Notes: generated by a model not told the origin, from the letters alone. Counted from the first letter of the stretch, positions 19,825-30,093 are shown. The stretch is 64,000 nt of DNA from Candidatus Moraniibacteriota bacterium (GCA_028711705.1 JAQTRS010000001.1:98761-162760), one strand, 5' to 3'. Made by a program: numbers and translations.

Positions 19825-20511
19825 TTAGAGTACGTATTTCCCGTTCGCCTCGTCGCGGGTCACCCGGCCATTATCCAAGGTGATGACCCGGCGGCCGATC
19901 TTATCCACGATGGATTTATTGTGCGTCGCCAGGATGACCGTCGTGCCGAGCTTATTGATTTCCAAAAGCAGGCTGATGATGTCTTTGGTGGCGATAGGGT
20001 CGAGGTTGCCGGTCGGCTCGTCGGCGATGATCACCTTCGGGTCGCGGATCAGGGCGCGTGCCATGGAAACGCGCTGCTGCTCGCCGCCGCTCAATTGCTT
20101 GGGATACTTATTTTCCTTGCCGGTCAGCCCCACGAGTTCCAGAATCTGCGGCACCTCGTCTTGAATCTCCTCATTGGTCTTGCCATAGACCTCGAGCGCA
20201 TAGGCGACGTTCTCGAAAACCGTCTTCTGGGAGAAGAGCTTGAAGTCCTGGAATACGTTGCCGATATTCCTGCGCAAAAATGGCAGATGCTTCCGCTTGA
20301 TGCCGCTTATCGGCCGTTCGTCGAAGTATACCTCCCCCGTCGTCGGCATTTCCTCCGCATAGATGAGCTTGAGGAATGTAGACTTTCCCGCGCCGCTCTG
20401 GCCGACGAGCGAGACGAACTCTCCCGCCTCGATCGACACATCGACATCCTGCAAGACGATGATGTCTTCCGGGTATACCTTGGAAACATTTTCAAAGCGA
20501 ATCATAGCCAT
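19825..20511 (-). CDS. ftsE: Cell-division ATP-binding protein FtsE
   Basis: [12 protein letters not shown] Walker [16 protein letters not shown] signature, about 228 aa, and paired with ftsX. Confidence 0.9.
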   Translation of the reverse strand: MAMIRFENVSKVYPEDIIVLQDVDVSIEAGEFVSLVGQSGAGKSTFLKLIYAEEMPTTGEVYFDERPISGIKRKHLPFLRRNIGNVFQDFKLFSQKTVFENVAYALEVYGKTNEEIQDEVPQILELVGLTGKENKYPKQLSGGEQQRVSMARALIRDPKVIIADEPTGNLDPIATKDIISLLLEINKLGTTVILATHNKSIVDKIGRRVITLDNGRVTRDEANGKYVL

Positions 20512-20535
20512 ATTTTTATATTCATTTTTTACTGA

Positions 20536-21625
20536 TTACCTGACGCGATTATACTGTAAATAGCTCTCCATAAATGGCCTAAGGTCCCCATCCAATACTT
20601 TATATACATCCGTGGCTTCATGTTTCGTGCGGTGATCCTTGGCCAGCGTATACGGGTGCAGGACATAGGACCTGATCTGACTCCCCCACTCCACGCTCGC
20701 CGATTCACCCTTGATGGCTTTGAGCTTCTGCTCTTGCTCCTCCACATACGTTTTATGCAGCTTCGCCAACACGATTTTCATCGCCTGCTCGCGATTCTGC
20801 AGCTGCGACCGCTCACTCTGACATGTTACCACAATTCCGCTCGGAATGTGAGTGATACGGATAGCGCTTTCCGTCTTATTGACATGCTGGCCGCCCGCAC
20901 CCGATGCCCGATAGGTATCGATGCGCAAGTCCTGCGCATCCACCACCACCTCCGGCATCTCCTCGATGATCGGCAGAACCTCCACCGAGGCGAAGGATGT
21001 CTGCCGGAGATTATCCGAGTTGAAGGGAGAAAGACGGACCAACCGGTGCACGCCGTGCTCGCTTCGGAGGTACCCATAGGCATACGCCCCGTCTATTTCT
21101 ATCGTCACGCTCTTGATACCGGCTTCCGCCCCGCGTGACTCATCCAAGATTCTGGTTGAAAAGCCTTCCCGTTCCGCCCACCGAAGATACATCCGCATGA
21201 TCATCTCCGCAAAGTCCTGTGCATCCACCCCTCCCGCTCCACTGTGAATCGTGATAATCGCCGCATTCCGATCATAGGGTCCGCCAAGCAGGGCCTGGAA
21301 TTCCATCTGATCAACCGTGCGGGCGATATCCTCATAGGAGGCCGAAAGCTCCTGCTTCTCGGTCTCGCTTTCGGCTATCGGCGCCAGATCCTCGATATCC
21401 TGCAGGGCATGCATGAGCTTATCGAAAGCCCCGAGTTCTTCGCGCAGACCCTCGAGCTCTTTCATTACCTGGGCCGCCTTCTGCGAATCGTTCCAAAACC
21501 CGTCCGCATGGGTTTTTTCCTCCAATTCAGCGATGAGAGCCGTCTTTTTTTCCCTGTCAAAGACGGTCCTGCAATTGCAGGAGTTTGTGGCGTAGCGATC
21601 CGATTTTTTCAGTCATATCCTCCAT
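20536..21625 (-). CDS. prfB: Peptide chain release factor 2, with a programmed +1 frameshift (CUU UGA C) about 20 codons from the start
   Basis: SPF tripeptide (RLSPFNSDN) and GGQ motif (RASGAGGQHVNKTESAIRITHIP). The upstream frame encodes M(ED)MTEKIGSLRHKLLQLQDRL and ends at the in-frame UGA inside CTT TGA C; the +1 frame continues DREKKTALIAELEEKTHADGFWND. A TATACT -10 box sits about 7 nt upstream of the ATG(MED), suggesting a leaderless start. Confidence 0.85.
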
Positions 21626-21700
21626 ACCCACAGTATACCACGAAACACCGGGGTCTTGAAATTTTTTCAATCTTTGGTATACTGAGACAGTTGCTAAAAT

Positions 21701-21745
21701 ATATAGCCAAGATATATTCAGACTCAGTCGGTAGAGCAACGCATT
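21701..21745 (+). other. Degenerate partial copy of the tRNA-Thr 5' half plus its upstream 10-mer (pseudo-tRNA remnant)
   Basis: atatagccaa + gactcagtcggtagagcaacgca repeats atatagccaa + agctcagtcggtagagcaacgca of the intact tRNA 80 nt downstream. No T-arm or acceptor 3' strand follows. Confidence 0.4.
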
Positions 21746-21785
21746 CTCAACGAGTAAACCGCATACTGCCATTACCATAAATATA

Positions 21786-21858
21786 GCCAATGTAGCTCAG
21801 TCGGTAGAGCAACGCACTCGTAACGCGTAGGTCACCAGTTCGATTCTGGTCATTGGCT
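21786..21858 (+). tRNA. tRNA-Thr (anticodon CGU)
   Basis: Cloverleaf: GCCAATG-TA-GCTC-AGTCGGTA-GAGC-A-ACGCA-CTCGTAA-CGCGT-AGGTC-ACCAG-TTCGATT-CTGGT-CATTGGC-T. A TATACT promoter lies about 110 nt upstream. Confidence 0.85.
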
Positions 21859-21868
21859 CACACAAAAA

Positions 21869-21894
21869 ACCACCCCGCAAAGGGTGGTTTTTTC
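21869..21894. terminator. Bidirectional rho-independent terminator (serves tRNA-Thr on the + strand and the DsbA-like gene on the - strand)
   Basis: Stem ccaccc / gggtgg with loop cgcaaa, flanked by an A-run upstream and a T-run downstream. Confidence 0.7.
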
Positions 21895-21920
21895 TACTGT
21901 CTTCTCCTGAATAATACGGC

Positions 21921-23012
21921 CTACTTCGACAATTCGGCATCGATAGCCTTCTTCAATTCGTCCACGGAGACGGCGCCTCCGATGAACTGATCGTTGACGA
22001 AAGTTCCCGGGGTTCCGGTCACGCCGAATTTCTTCCCTTCTTCGGTGTCGGCACTAACCTTGTCCTGATACTTCTTGCTATCGAGACACTCATTGAATTG
22101 CTTGCCGTTCATACCGAATCGCAACGCATAGTCCTTGAACTTCTGCACGCCCTCGGTCTTTCCCCACTCATCCTGCTTGGCGAAAAGATTGTCGGCATAT
22201 GCCATGAACTTTCCCTGCTCATTGGCACACTCGGAAGCCAATGCGGCATTGTTGGCCTGCGGATGGAACACCAAAGGATACTGTTTGTACGAGAACAAGA
22301 CCTTATCTTTATACTCCTTGAGCACCTGCTGCATAGCCGGGTGCATCAATCGGCAATACGGGCACTGGAAATCAGAGTACTCCACGATCCTTACTTTGGC
22401 ATCTTTGGGTCCGACCTGGATATCCGTGTCCTTGATTTCGGGGAACACCAAAAGCTTGCCGGCTGGAATACCGATCTGCTCGGTGTTCAATGTGTAGCGG
22501 TTGTCATCCTGTTTGGAGAAAAGCGTCTCGGCCTGCGTGAACATCTCTGTCTTGTTCACCTCTTCCGAAAAAACGAAAGCTGGCAACGACACGGCTCCCG
22601 ACTTTTCGATGAGCGCCTTTCCCTCTTCGCTGGCATAGTCGACTTCCTGAGCCACGATGGTCGGCATGATGCGGCGCAACCAGACGAGCGCCTGGTCAGG
22701 AGCGCACTTCTCGCAGGTCGAATCGGTAATAACGTCCAAATGCACGACAGGATCACCATAGGCCACCCACGTCTTTCCGCCCGCTTCCAACACATTGACC
22801 TTCTTCACGATGCTCTCGGAAAATCCGCTTCCCTTGACGAGCTGCGCGATATCCACGAACAAGCTCCCTACAAAAAGGCCTGCGAGCAAAATGATGCCCG
22901 CGATCAAATTTTGCATCTTTTTCGATTCCGCTTTCGGATCAGATTCCGTTGTGACGGAAGTGTCCGTATCCACCGCGATCTCTTTAGCATCTTTCATATC
23001 TTGATTTTCCAT
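21921..23012 (-). CDS. Membrane-anchored thiol:disulfide oxidoreductase with tandem DsbA-like thioredoxin domains
   Basis: N-terminal TM anchor; first domain CEKC and second domain FQCPYCR CxxC motifs; DsbA-like helical insert. Confidence 0.8.
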   Translation of the reverse strand: MENQDMKDAKEIAVDTDTSVTTESDPKAESKKMQNLIAGIILLAGLFVGSLFVDIAQLVKGSGFSESIVKKVNVLEAGGKTWVAYGDPVVHLDVITDSTCEKCAPDQALVWLRRIMPTIVAQEVDYASEEGKALIEKSGAVSLPAFVFSEEVNKTEMFTQAETLFSKQDDNRYTLNTEQIGIPAGKLLVFPEIKDTDIQVGPKDAKVRIVEYSDFQCPYCRLMHPAMQQVLKEYKDKVLFSYKQYPLVFHPQANNAALASECANEQGKFMAYADNLFAKQDEWGKTEGVQKFKDYALRFGMNGKQFNECLDSKKYQDKVSADTEEGKKFGVTGTPGTFVNDQFIGGAVSVDELKKAIDAELSK

Positions 23013-23050
23013 ACATTTTCTAAAAATTTCTTATTCCGTATTATGCCTGC

Positions 23051-23344
23051 CTACTGGGAGCACGAACCGCCTGTCGGCTGCGGACTGGCGAGTCCTGCGC
23101 TATCACCCTTTGCCGAAAGCTCTTTTTGCATCGCATTGAGATCATAGGCACCCGCATCCTTCTGCGACAAGAGATAATCGCTCGAACCCATAGTGATCCG
23201 CTTCGCAGCCTCTGTCTTTACAGAAAATCCAACCAGAATACCCAATACCAGCAAAAGCGCCAGCTCAAGCGTCCTGTAATTGCGCTTGCTCGGTGACGCT
23301 ACCTCGGGCTGCACACGTTCTTCTTGCATAGGCGTTTCTTTCAT
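23051..23344 (-). CDS. Hypothetical small membrane protein
   Basis: 97 aa with a single TM (LELALLLVLGILVGF), co-oriented immediately upstream of the DsbA-like gene. Confidence 0.4.
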   Translation of the reverse strand: MKETPMQEERVQPEVASPSKRNYRTLELALLLVLGILVGFSVKTEAAKRITMGSSDYLLSQKDAGAYDLNAMQKELSAKGDSAGLASPQPTGGSCSQ

Positions 23345-23460
23345 ATTTTTGCAACATGAAAATCTTAAAGATATTATCCGAAGCTTTCCAGAGCCTTAAT
23401 TCGCTCTTTAAAAAATAATAGCATATTTTGAAACTGGCAACAACCGGCATTATATCCGAT

Positions 23461-23781
23461 TCAGAGGAACAAACCGTCCAAAACATCATCGAGCTCATCG
23501 ATGCTTTTCGTGCCGGCGCCCTCGATCTTGCGGGAGGGTTTGTCGATCTCGCGCCGTACCTTCGATGTCGCATCATTCAAGTGAACGCCATGCAAGATGG
23601 TGCCGTTTACCGAAACATTGGGGCCGATCTTGCAGAAACGGAAACAATCGATAGTTTTGCCGACATCGACGGTATCGCCCAAATCTTTCGAGAGCTTCTC
23701 ATAGATCTTTTCTGACCCGCGCATGCAGCAATCGACATGCACGCACACCCTGACGCGAACTTTTTTCGCAGGTACCTCCAT
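23461..23781 (-). CDS. Thioredoxin-like [2Fe-2S] ferredoxin domain protein
   Basis: Cys ligands arranged C-x4-CC ... C-x3-C (VCVHVDCC...DCFRFCKIGP), as in the NuoE/Fd4-type ferredoxin fold. Confidence 0.55.
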   Translation of the reverse strand: MEVPAKKVRVRVCVHVDCCMRGSEKIYEKLSKDLGDTVDVGKTIDCFRFCKIGPNVSVNGTILHGVHLNDATSKVRREIDKPSRKIEGAGTKSIDELDDVLDGLFL

Positions 23782-23961
23782 ATGTATTCTTTAAGACTAG
23801 TGTTAATGGGAATCACACTTCATCTTAGCTTATTTTCAGAAACACATCAACAACGAAAAAGGCCGCATACCCCCATTAAGCGCAGTCCTTTCCTTGCGCA
23901 CTATCATTTGATGCTATACTACCTCTATACCAAGCACCCATCAAAAAAACCGACCCTACCT

Positions 23962-24249
23962 ATGGATACCCTCCGATTGCAACTTATCGCTATCTTTCTT
24001 CTGATCAACACCGTCGCCTTTTTCATCATGCTCTCCGACAAGATACGGTCACGGAAAATAGGCGCTGAAAGGATTTCCGAAGGGTTGCTCTTTTTCATGG
24101 CCGCTGCCCTGGGTAGTGTCGGCGTTTGGGCGGGCATGTTCGCCTTCCGTCACAAGACCCGCAAGTGGTATTTCCTCCTCGGCATTCCGCTTCTCATCCT
24201 ACAAAACATCGCGCTCCTCTACCTTGCATATCTTTTGTGGCGAAAGTAA
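23962..24249 (+). CDS. DUF1294-domain small membrane protein
   Basis: FIMLSDKIRSRKIGAERISEGLLFFMAAALGSVGVWAGMFAFRHKTRK matches the DUF1294 pattern. The start is moved to the internal ATG (MDTLRL) because the upstream 75 codons overlap the ferredoxin gene. Confidence 0.6.
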   Translation: MDTLRLQLIAIFLLINTVAFFIMLSDKIRSRKIGAERISEGLLFFMAAALGSVGVWAGMFAFRHKTRKWYFLLGIPLLILQNIALLYLAYLLWRK

Positions 24250-24282
24250 ATAAATTTTTCCAATGATTTTTCACTCACAACA

Positions 24283-24326
24283 AAAACGCAGGCCTTCTAT
24301 AGAACAATTATAGGACCTGCGTTTTC
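24283..24326. terminator. Bidirectional terminator between the DUF1294 gene (+) and the DUF1189-like gene (-)
   Basis: Stem acgcaggcc / ggacctgcgt with A- and T-runs on either side. Confidence 0.6.
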
Positions 24327-24347
24327 ATATATACGCTATGACAGAGG

Positions 24348-25292
24348 CTATTTCTTTTCTTCGACCTGGGCATCGGGGGCAACCTCTCCGGAAGCCGATG
24401 CTTCTGGCCCTGCGTGCGGGGCAGCATGCGCCTCTGCCGCATCGATTTTCATTGCCGGCTGTTTGAAATTGATATATGCCATGATGAAGAACACGATCGA
24501 GAACAAAAACGGCACCCCAAAGAGCGATGGCACCACGAAACTGACAAGCAGCGGTAAGGTCACCAAATGCAACCCGAGCCTATACGCCTGGCCATAGGTC
24601 AGGATCTTGCCAGTCACATTGGCTGCAAGCCAAACCACCAGCGCGCCGAACACGAGATATATTCCATACCCGATGAACAGCGCCACGAACAGAACGAACG
24701 GAAGCAAAATCAAAACAACGACACCCGCTATCCTCAGCATCTTCCACGCCATATCCACCAGGCCGGTAAAGCTGGATCGATCAAGCGTATAGTCGATATT
24801 GAATGCCTGTATATTCTGAACCTCGACCTTGCCTCGACCCGGATTAAAAATGCCTACCTGATTTTTCCCGACCATCACGAGCGTCTGATGCGTCTCAAAA
24901 TCGCTCATCTGGATCGGCTTCGTCGTATCGATAACCAAGAGCTGCTCCACCGGAGGGATATCCTTCTCGCGCCGTATCTCTCTTTTGAGATTCTCCGGCA
25001 TAGCGATGGCATAAGGTTCCTGAACATTGGTGCTGATTTCGCCGTTCTTGATGCGCACCGAAAGTTCCGCCGGGAACGTCGCGATAATTTCCGAACGGAA
25101 GTTCTCCACGGACGCCTGCTTCCACGTCAGCAAACCTATCCCGCCAACCAATGGAATGATCGCGATGATGCATGAAACGACGAGCACGAGCTTCGCGAAG
25201 TACTTCACCGACACGGATGCAGACTGACCCGCGATATCCCTATAGAACCGCGGGTTATAGATGCTATCCTTGACCATCTGAAAGAATTTCAT
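24348..25292 (-). CDS. DUF1189-like polytopic membrane protein
   Basis: N-terminus MKFFQMVKDSIYNPRFYRDIAGQS resembles DUF1189 family starts. It has an N-terminal TM, a large loop and four C-terminal TM helices. Confidence 0.5.
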   Translation of the reverse strand: MKFFQMVKDSIYNPRFYRDIAGQSASVSVKYFAKLVLVVSCIIAIIPLVGGIGLLTWKQASVENFRSEIIATFPAELSVRIKNGEISTNVQEPYAIAMPENLKREIRREKDIPPVEQLLVIDTTKPIQMSDFETHQTLVMVGKNQVGIFNPGRGKVEVQNIQAFNIDYTLDRSSFTGLVDMAWKMLRIAGVVVLILLPFVLFVALFIGYGIYLVFGALVVWLAANVTGKILTYGQAYRLGLHLVTLPLLVSFVVPSLFGVPFLFSIVFFIMAYINFKQPAMKIDAAEAHAAPHAGPEASASGEVAPDAQVEEKK

Positions 25293-25343
25293 ACTCGTGT
25301 CTCAAAAATTATATCCCCCCTAACGCCTTATCGAAGCGAAAGC

Positions 25344-25760
25344 CTAGGAATCGCTCTCCGCATATTTCCTGAAATTATCCAGTATCGCCTGCCAACCCGA
25401 TCGCTGCATTTCCTCGGAATTCTCGCTCTCCGGTTCGAAGACCTCCGTCACGCGGGTGCTGCCGTCGATTTCTTCGAACGATACCACGAGCCTCCGTCCG
25501 TCATCGAGGATAGACTCGATCACTTTTCCCGCCTCGATTTTCGTATAGGTCCCGCCGAACTCGAAAGAGGTCGACTTATCCTTCGCACCCATCACGAAGA
25601 CGAATTTCCCACCCTCTACCAAATCGTTCCTCGCGGCGGTGCACTCCCAATCGTCCGACGCATAATTCCAATTGACGATATGCTTGGGGTTGGTGAAGTA
25701 TTCCCACGCCGTGCTCAGATCGACGTGCACCACCGTTTGTACGGTTATCGGATTGTTCAT
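25344..25760 (-). CDS. SRPBCC / AHSA1-like (activator of Hsp90 ATPase homolog) domain protein
   Basis: 138 aa; its size and composition (VHVDLSTAWEYFTNP...SGWQAILDNF) match the SRPBCC fold family. Confidence 0.6.
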   Translation of the reverse strand: MNNPITVQTVVHVDLSTAWEYFTNPKHIVNWNYASDDWECTAARNDLVEGGKFVFVMGAKDKSTSFEFGGTYTKIEAGKVIESILDDGRRLVVSFEEIDGSTRVTEVFEPESENSEEMQRSGWQAILDNFRKYAESDS

Positions 25761-25790
25761 AATGGTGTTCGAATAGTGAATTATGCCGAC

Positions 25791-26225
25791 CTATTCCTTG
25801 CTCATGCAATTGAACATCCACATCACGCCGAACTTGTCCGTCAAACTTCCGAAGTATCCGCCCCAAAACATTTCCATCAAAGCCATCCCCACCTTTCCCC
25901 CTTCGGACAGTTTCGCAAACAATGCATCCGTCTCTGCGCGGGTGTCGGGCTCGAGATTGATGTAGATATTATTCCCGAACACGACCTTGAAGCCCATCGA
26001 CTCCGGAGCATCGGTGCCGAGCAACCTGTGCCCGCCCAAAATCGGCAACTCGATATGCATAATCAGATTCTGATCTTCTGCTGCCGGCCCCTGCGCGCCC
26101 GCTTGCGCCGGTATATCCGAGAAGCGCTGCAACATCGCAAACTCCCCACCGAACACGGACTTGTAGAAATTAAACGCTTCCTCGGTTTGACGAGGGAAAT
26201 TCAAATACGTGCTTACTTTCGCCAT
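25791..26225 (-). CDS. VOC-family (glyoxalase/PhnB-like) protein
   Basis: N-terminus YLNFPRQTEEAFNFYKSVFGGE is typical of PhnB-like VOC proteins. Confidence 0.65.
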   Translation of the reverse strand: MAKVSTYLNFPRQTEEAFNFYKSVFGGEFAMLQRFSDIPAQAGAQGPAAEDQNLIMHIELPILGGHRLLGTDAPESMGFKVVFGNNIYINLEPDTRAETDALFAKLSEGGKVGMALMEMFWGGYFGSLTDKFGVMWMFNCMSKE

Positions 26226-26549
26226 ATGCGTGTTCTTAGTACATTATACTCACTTACCTGGAGATACGTCTCCAGTATAGCAGATATTCCTATTTATCCT
26301 GCTCTCTGAGCTTTTCATCCGCTTCGGATACGCTTACCGGTTTTCCCATGACAAAAAGCCTGGCAGTACCGCTTGCCAAAAGCCAATACACCACCATCGC
26401 AAGCAGCGTCGTGCGCTCTCCGTATATATTCCGATGCTTCGATAAACACGGTATTCCTGTTGACACAATCATCGCATTGCCGTATAGTTCACTATCATCG
26501 ATACGATGATAAACACAAAAAAATCGCAACTTAACAAGAGGGCACAACC

Positions 26550-26996
26550 ATGTCAAACAGAACATTTTGCACTGTCAGAAAGAAATTCCATAAAGCTGCC
26601 TTGAGAAACGATGTTCTTCAAAATGAGCTGACCGAGCTTCTCAGGCAAATGCTCTTATCCGCCACGACGATCGCGGAAACGATCGAAGTCTGGCGCCTGG
26701 ACACGCCCCGTCATGACCTGCTGCCGACCGATGAATTTTTCGATTATGTGGCCGATCTTCCAAAAACCATCGATGAATTCTGGGAATTGGTGAAACTCCA
26801 AGATTCCTATCTCAACGACGATGACTACGAAACCGAAGTCTTCAGGAACTTTTCCAAAAAAATCGCTGATGAAAGCAGTGCCGAAGTCATCATCAAAAAA
26901 CTGCGCGATGAATGGCCGACAGACACCACCGAAGAGTTTATGCACTTCAACGCACTGCTCAGTATAATCGTCAGCCGAAAAATCGAAGTGGCCTGA
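26550..26996 (+). CDS. Hypothetical protein
   Basis: 148-aa acidic ORF followed by a strong terminator; no family recognised. Confidence 0.5.
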   Translation: MSNRTFCTVRKKFHKAALRNDVLQNELTELLRQMLLSATTIAETIEVWRLDTPRHDLLPTDEFFDYVADLPKTIDEFWELVKLQDSYLNDDDYETEVFRNFSKKIADESSAEVIIKKLRDEWPTDTTEEFMHFNALLSIIVSRKIEVA

Positions 26997-27023
26997 TTCC
27001 AAAACACGGAAACCGAAAACACG

Positions 27024-27060
27024 AGCGACCTCCCATAATACTGGAAGGTCGCTGTTTTTT
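27024..27060. terminator. Rho-independent terminator (bidirectional)
   Basis: agcgacctcc ... ggaaggtcgct stem followed by TTTTTT. Confidence 0.7.
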
Positions 27061-27080
27061 ATTCCGAAATATTTTCTGCC

Positions 27081-27371
27081 TTATCCGCGCGCCTCAAAGC
27101 CGATAGAATCCGCCGGGGCATCGGCCGTCTTGATAACCCCGAAAGCATCCTCATATTTCTTAAGATTCTCCTGAAGTGTCTGAGCGATGCGCTTCAGATG
27201 GCTCGGCGAAACGATGACCCGGGCATTGAGCGTCCCCGTCGGCGGGAACATATTCAAGAAATCCAGCACGAACTCCTCCCTCGTATGCAGCACCTGCGTC
27301 GCATTGGCATACACCCCCCGCAACGTCTCATCCGCCGCCTTGATCTGGATCTGGTTTGGTTGTTGTGTCAT
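27081..27371 (-). CDS. DUF3467-domain protein
   Basis: GVYANATQVLHTREEFVLDF...ARVIVSPSHLKRIAQTLQENLKKYEDAFG matches the DUF3467 signature. Confidence 0.7.
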   Translation of the reverse strand: MTQQPNQIQIKAADETLRGVYANATQVLHTREEFVLDFLNMFPPTGTLNARVIVSPSHLKRIAQTLQENLKKYEDAFGVIKTADAPADSIGFEARG

Positions 27372-27382
27372 ATTTATCAGTG

Positions 27383-27877
27383 TTATTTAATTACCAGTTT
27401 ATCTATTTTTGATAAAGCATCATCAGTATACATAACTGCTCTCAAAAGCTCTTGTTTTGTAATACCATCAATCAATTTATGGTGCGATGGATTTCTTAAT
27501 AAATCATGCACAATGCAACACAACGAGTGACAATGCGATAAAGGATCAGCATATACAAGAATTGAAGCTCCTGGTGTAAGAGCTTTTCCTATTAGTCCTC
27601 GGCCAATAAAGGCTTCTGTCAAGCCTGATTTTTTTCTAAGCCTATCTTCAAGAATAACCGTGATTTCTCTGTATGCTGCATCAAGGTTTACATCCTTATC
27701 AGAAAGAATAGATCGTAATCTTGATTTTAAGATACTATCAGAAGTCATGGCGAGTATATCATCATACTTTGTCAAAAAATACCAGTGTTCAAAGTATTGA
27801 ATTAACATGTCAATCCTCAAAAACGCCTGATTTATATCAACAAATTGATAGCTGCTTGAAGTTGAAGATAGAACCAT
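27383..27877 (-). CDS. Hypothetical protein (AT-rich)
   Basis: 164-aa ORF in a markedly AT-rich stretch downstream of dnaK; no family recognised. Confidence 0.45.
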   Translation of the reverse strand: MVLSSTSSSYQFVDINQAFLRIDMLIQYFEHWYFLTKYDDILAMTSDSILKSRLRSILSDKDVNLDAAYREITVILEDRLRKKSGLTEAFIGRGLIGKALTPGASILVYADPLSHCHSLCCIVHDLLRNPSHHKLIDGITKQELLRAVMYTDDALSKIDKLVIK

Positions 27878-28040
27878 TGAATCTATGATTTTATATGAAC
27901 CGAATTGCGCATCACTTGTATCAGTTATACACTTATCGATTTCTTTATTATAAAAATCGGCTTCGACTCGAGGGAGATTAGGGGCTTTCTTTCATCCCAA
28001 CCATTTTGTATCGATTTAAAATGATTATAATGTAAGTATA

Positions 28041-28124
28041 AACCCGCCCTTTGTTTTTTAGTCATACTAACTTAACTCAAGGGCGGGTCCCTATTACTTA
28101 CCCGCCCTTTTTTCTACCTATTAT
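28041..28124. terminator. Terminator region downstream of dnaK, with three GGGCGGG / CCCGCCC repeats forming alternative hairpins on both strands
   Basis: aaacccgccctttgttttttt ... aagggcgggtccctattacttacccgcccttttttct, a hairpin plus T-run readable on either strand. Confidence 0.55.
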
Positions 28125-30044
28125 TTACTTTTTCTCTTCGTCGTCTTTCTTGTCCTCTACCTCAGCGTCTTTGACTTCACCTTCGGGCTTTGCTTCGCCT
28201 TCAGTGCTTCCTGCTTGGCTCGCCGTAGATTCATCGGAGGAGGCAGCGGCTTTGTAAAGCTTCTCGCCGATGCCTTGGGCGGCTGCGGAGAGGGCTTCGG
28301 TCGCTTTCTTGATCTCATCGAGGTTGTCTCCGTTCTTGACCTTATTGAGTTCGTCGAGCTTTTCTTGGACCGGCTTCTTCTCGTCCTCGGTCAGCTTGTC
28401 GCCAGCATCCTTCATCGCTTTTTCCGTGGTGTAGGTGAGCGAGTCGGCCATATTGCGAGCCTCGACAAGTTCTTTCTTCTTCTTGTCTTCGTCCGCGTGC
28501 GCCTCAGCATCTTTCTTCATTTTCTCGATTTCTTCTTTGGAAAGTCCGGTCGATGCTTCGATGCGGATAGACTGGCTCTTATTCGTCGCCTTGTCCTTGG
28601 CAGTTACGGAGAGAATTCCGTTGGCGTCGATGTCAAATGTCACTTCGATCTGCGGAATACCGCGTGGAGATGGTGGAATACCGTCGAGGATAAATCTTCC
28701 GAGAGATTTGTTGTCGGCAGCCATTTCACGCTCACCTTGCAAGACGTGGATCTCTACGCTCGGCTGATTGTCAGCGGCGGTCGAAAATACCTGCGACTTC
28801 GCAGCAGGAACCGTCGTGTTGCGCTCGATCAAAGCAGTGCGCACGCCACCCATGGTCTCAATTCCAAAAGTAAGCGGGGTTACATCGAGGAGCAATACAT
28901 CCTTCACCGATCCTTCGAGCACACCTCCCTGGATAGCGGCGCCCATAGCTACCACTTCATCAGGATTCACGGAGATATTCGGTTTCTTGCCGAAGAATTT
29001 CTCAACAGTCTGGAGTACGAGCGGCATGCGGGTCATTCCTCCCACCATCACGACTTCATTGATATCGCTAGTCGAAAGCTTTGCATCGGCAAGCGCTTTC
29101 TTCACCGGCTCAAGCGTCTTTGCCACGAGGTCGCCCACCAATTCTTCAAGCTTCGCACGGGTCATCTTGAGCACCAAGTGCTTCGGCCCGGATGCATCCG
29201 AAGTGATGAATGGCTGATTGATTTCTGTATCATTGGCAGTTGAAAGCTCGATCTTCGCCTTCTCAGCCGCTTCTTTGATGCGCTGCAATGCGAGCGGATC
29301 TTTGGAAAGGTCGATTCCTTCCTGCTTGCGGAATTCATCGATGATCCAGTGGATGATGGTCTGGTCGAAGTCGTCTCCACCCAGGTGCGTGTCACCGTTG
29401 GTCGAACGCACTTCCACCGTGTCTTCGGATACTTCGAGGATAGAGATGTCGAATGTTCCTCCACCCAAGTCATACACAGCGATCTTCTCGTCTTTCTTCT
29501 TGTTGAATCCGTATGCGAGCGCTGCGGCTGTCGGTTCGTTGATGATTCGACGGACATTGAGTCCCGCGATTTCTCCGGCTTCCTTGGTCGCCTTGCGCTG
29601 CGAGTCATCGAAGTATGCCGGAACGGTAATCACCGCTTCCGTGATCTTTTCTCCCAAACGTTCTTCGGCATCGGCCTTGAGCTTGCCCAAGATCATAGCG
29701 GAAATTTCCTGCGGAGTGTACTCCTTACCACCCATCAGAACTTTCGTTCCCTCGCCAGCCTGCACGATCTTGTACGGCAAGGTCTTCAAATCGCGTTGCA
29801 CCTCCGCGTCGTTGAAGTGCCTTCCGATCAATCGCTTGATAGAGAAAAGCGTGTTTTCCGGATTAGTCACGCCCTGGCGCTTCGCCAAAAGACCCACCAA
29901 TCGCTCACCTGTCTTGGACACTGCTACCATGGAAGGTGTTGTGCGGTTCCCCTCCTTATTCTCGATAATCGTAGGCGTCCCACCCTCGACGATAGACATC
30001 GCGGAGTTGGTCGTTCCCAAGTCGATTCCCAAAATCTTTCCCAT
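28125..30044 (-). CDS. dnaK: Molecular chaperone DnaK (Hsp70)
   Basis: 639 aa, collinear with Hsp70 throughout ([21 protein letters not shown] motifs) and ending in an acidic EEKK tail. Confidence 0.97.
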   Translation of the reverse strand: MGKILGIDLGTTNSAMSIVEGGTPTIIENKEGNRTTPSMVAVSKTGERLVGLLAKRQGVTNPENTLFSIKRLIGRHFNDAEVQRDLKTLPYKIVQAGEGTKVLMGGKEYTPQEISAMILGKLKADAEERLGEKITEAVITVPAYFDDSQRKATKEAGEIAGLNVRRIINEPTAAALAYGFNKKKDEKIAVYDLGGGTFDISILEVSEDTVEVRSTNGDTHLGGDDFDQTIIHWIIDEFRKQEGIDLSKDPLALQRIKEAAEKAKIELSTANDTEINQPFITSDASGPKHLVLKMTRAKLEELVGDLVAKTLEPVKKALADAKLSTSDINEVVMVGGMTRMPLVLQTVEKFFGKKPNISVNPDEVVAMGAAIQGGVLEGSVKDVLLLDVTPLTFGIETMGGVRTALIERNTTVPAAKSQVFSTAADNQPSVEIHVLQGEREMAADNKSLGRFILDGIPPSPRGIPQIEVTFDIDANGILSVTAKDKATNKSQSIRIEASTGLSKEEIEKMKKDAEAHADEDKKKKELVEARNMADSLTYTTEKAMKDAGDKLTEDEKKPVQEKLDELNKVKNGDNLDEIKKATEALSAAAQGIGEKLYKAAASSDESTASQAGSTEGEAKPEGEVKDAEVEDKKDDEEKK

Positions 30045-30087
30045 AGAATTTTTATTATATGATTAATGCTTGTGCACTTACCTCTGT

Positions 30088-30093
30088 AGTATA
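30088..30093 (-). promoter_or_regulatory. Putative -10 box (TATACT) of the dnaK promoter, just downstream of CIRCE
   Basis: The minus-strand reading gives CIRCE, then cgtttggTATACTacag, then about 40 nt, then the ATG. Confidence 0.5.

Noticed and set aside
21716-21780. Possibility that the first tRNA-like segment is a second functional tRNA (or an intron-containing tRNA)
   Set aside because: No acceptor 3' strand and no T-arm (GTTCGAnTC) within 120 nt; the anticodon stem pairs poorly. Kept only as a pseudo-tRNA remnant.
22098-23147. 349-aa + strand ORF
   Set aside because: Antisense to the tandem DsbA-like gene (CPYC motif on the other strand).
26290-26565. 91-aa - strand ORF
   Set aside because: Lies in a divergent promoter region, has no RBS or family, and overlaps the start of the + strand gene at 26550. 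Probably non-coding.
28215-30066. Several + strand ORFs of 280-340 aa (28215..29243, 29218..30066, 29349..30062)
   Set aside because: Antisense to dnaK.
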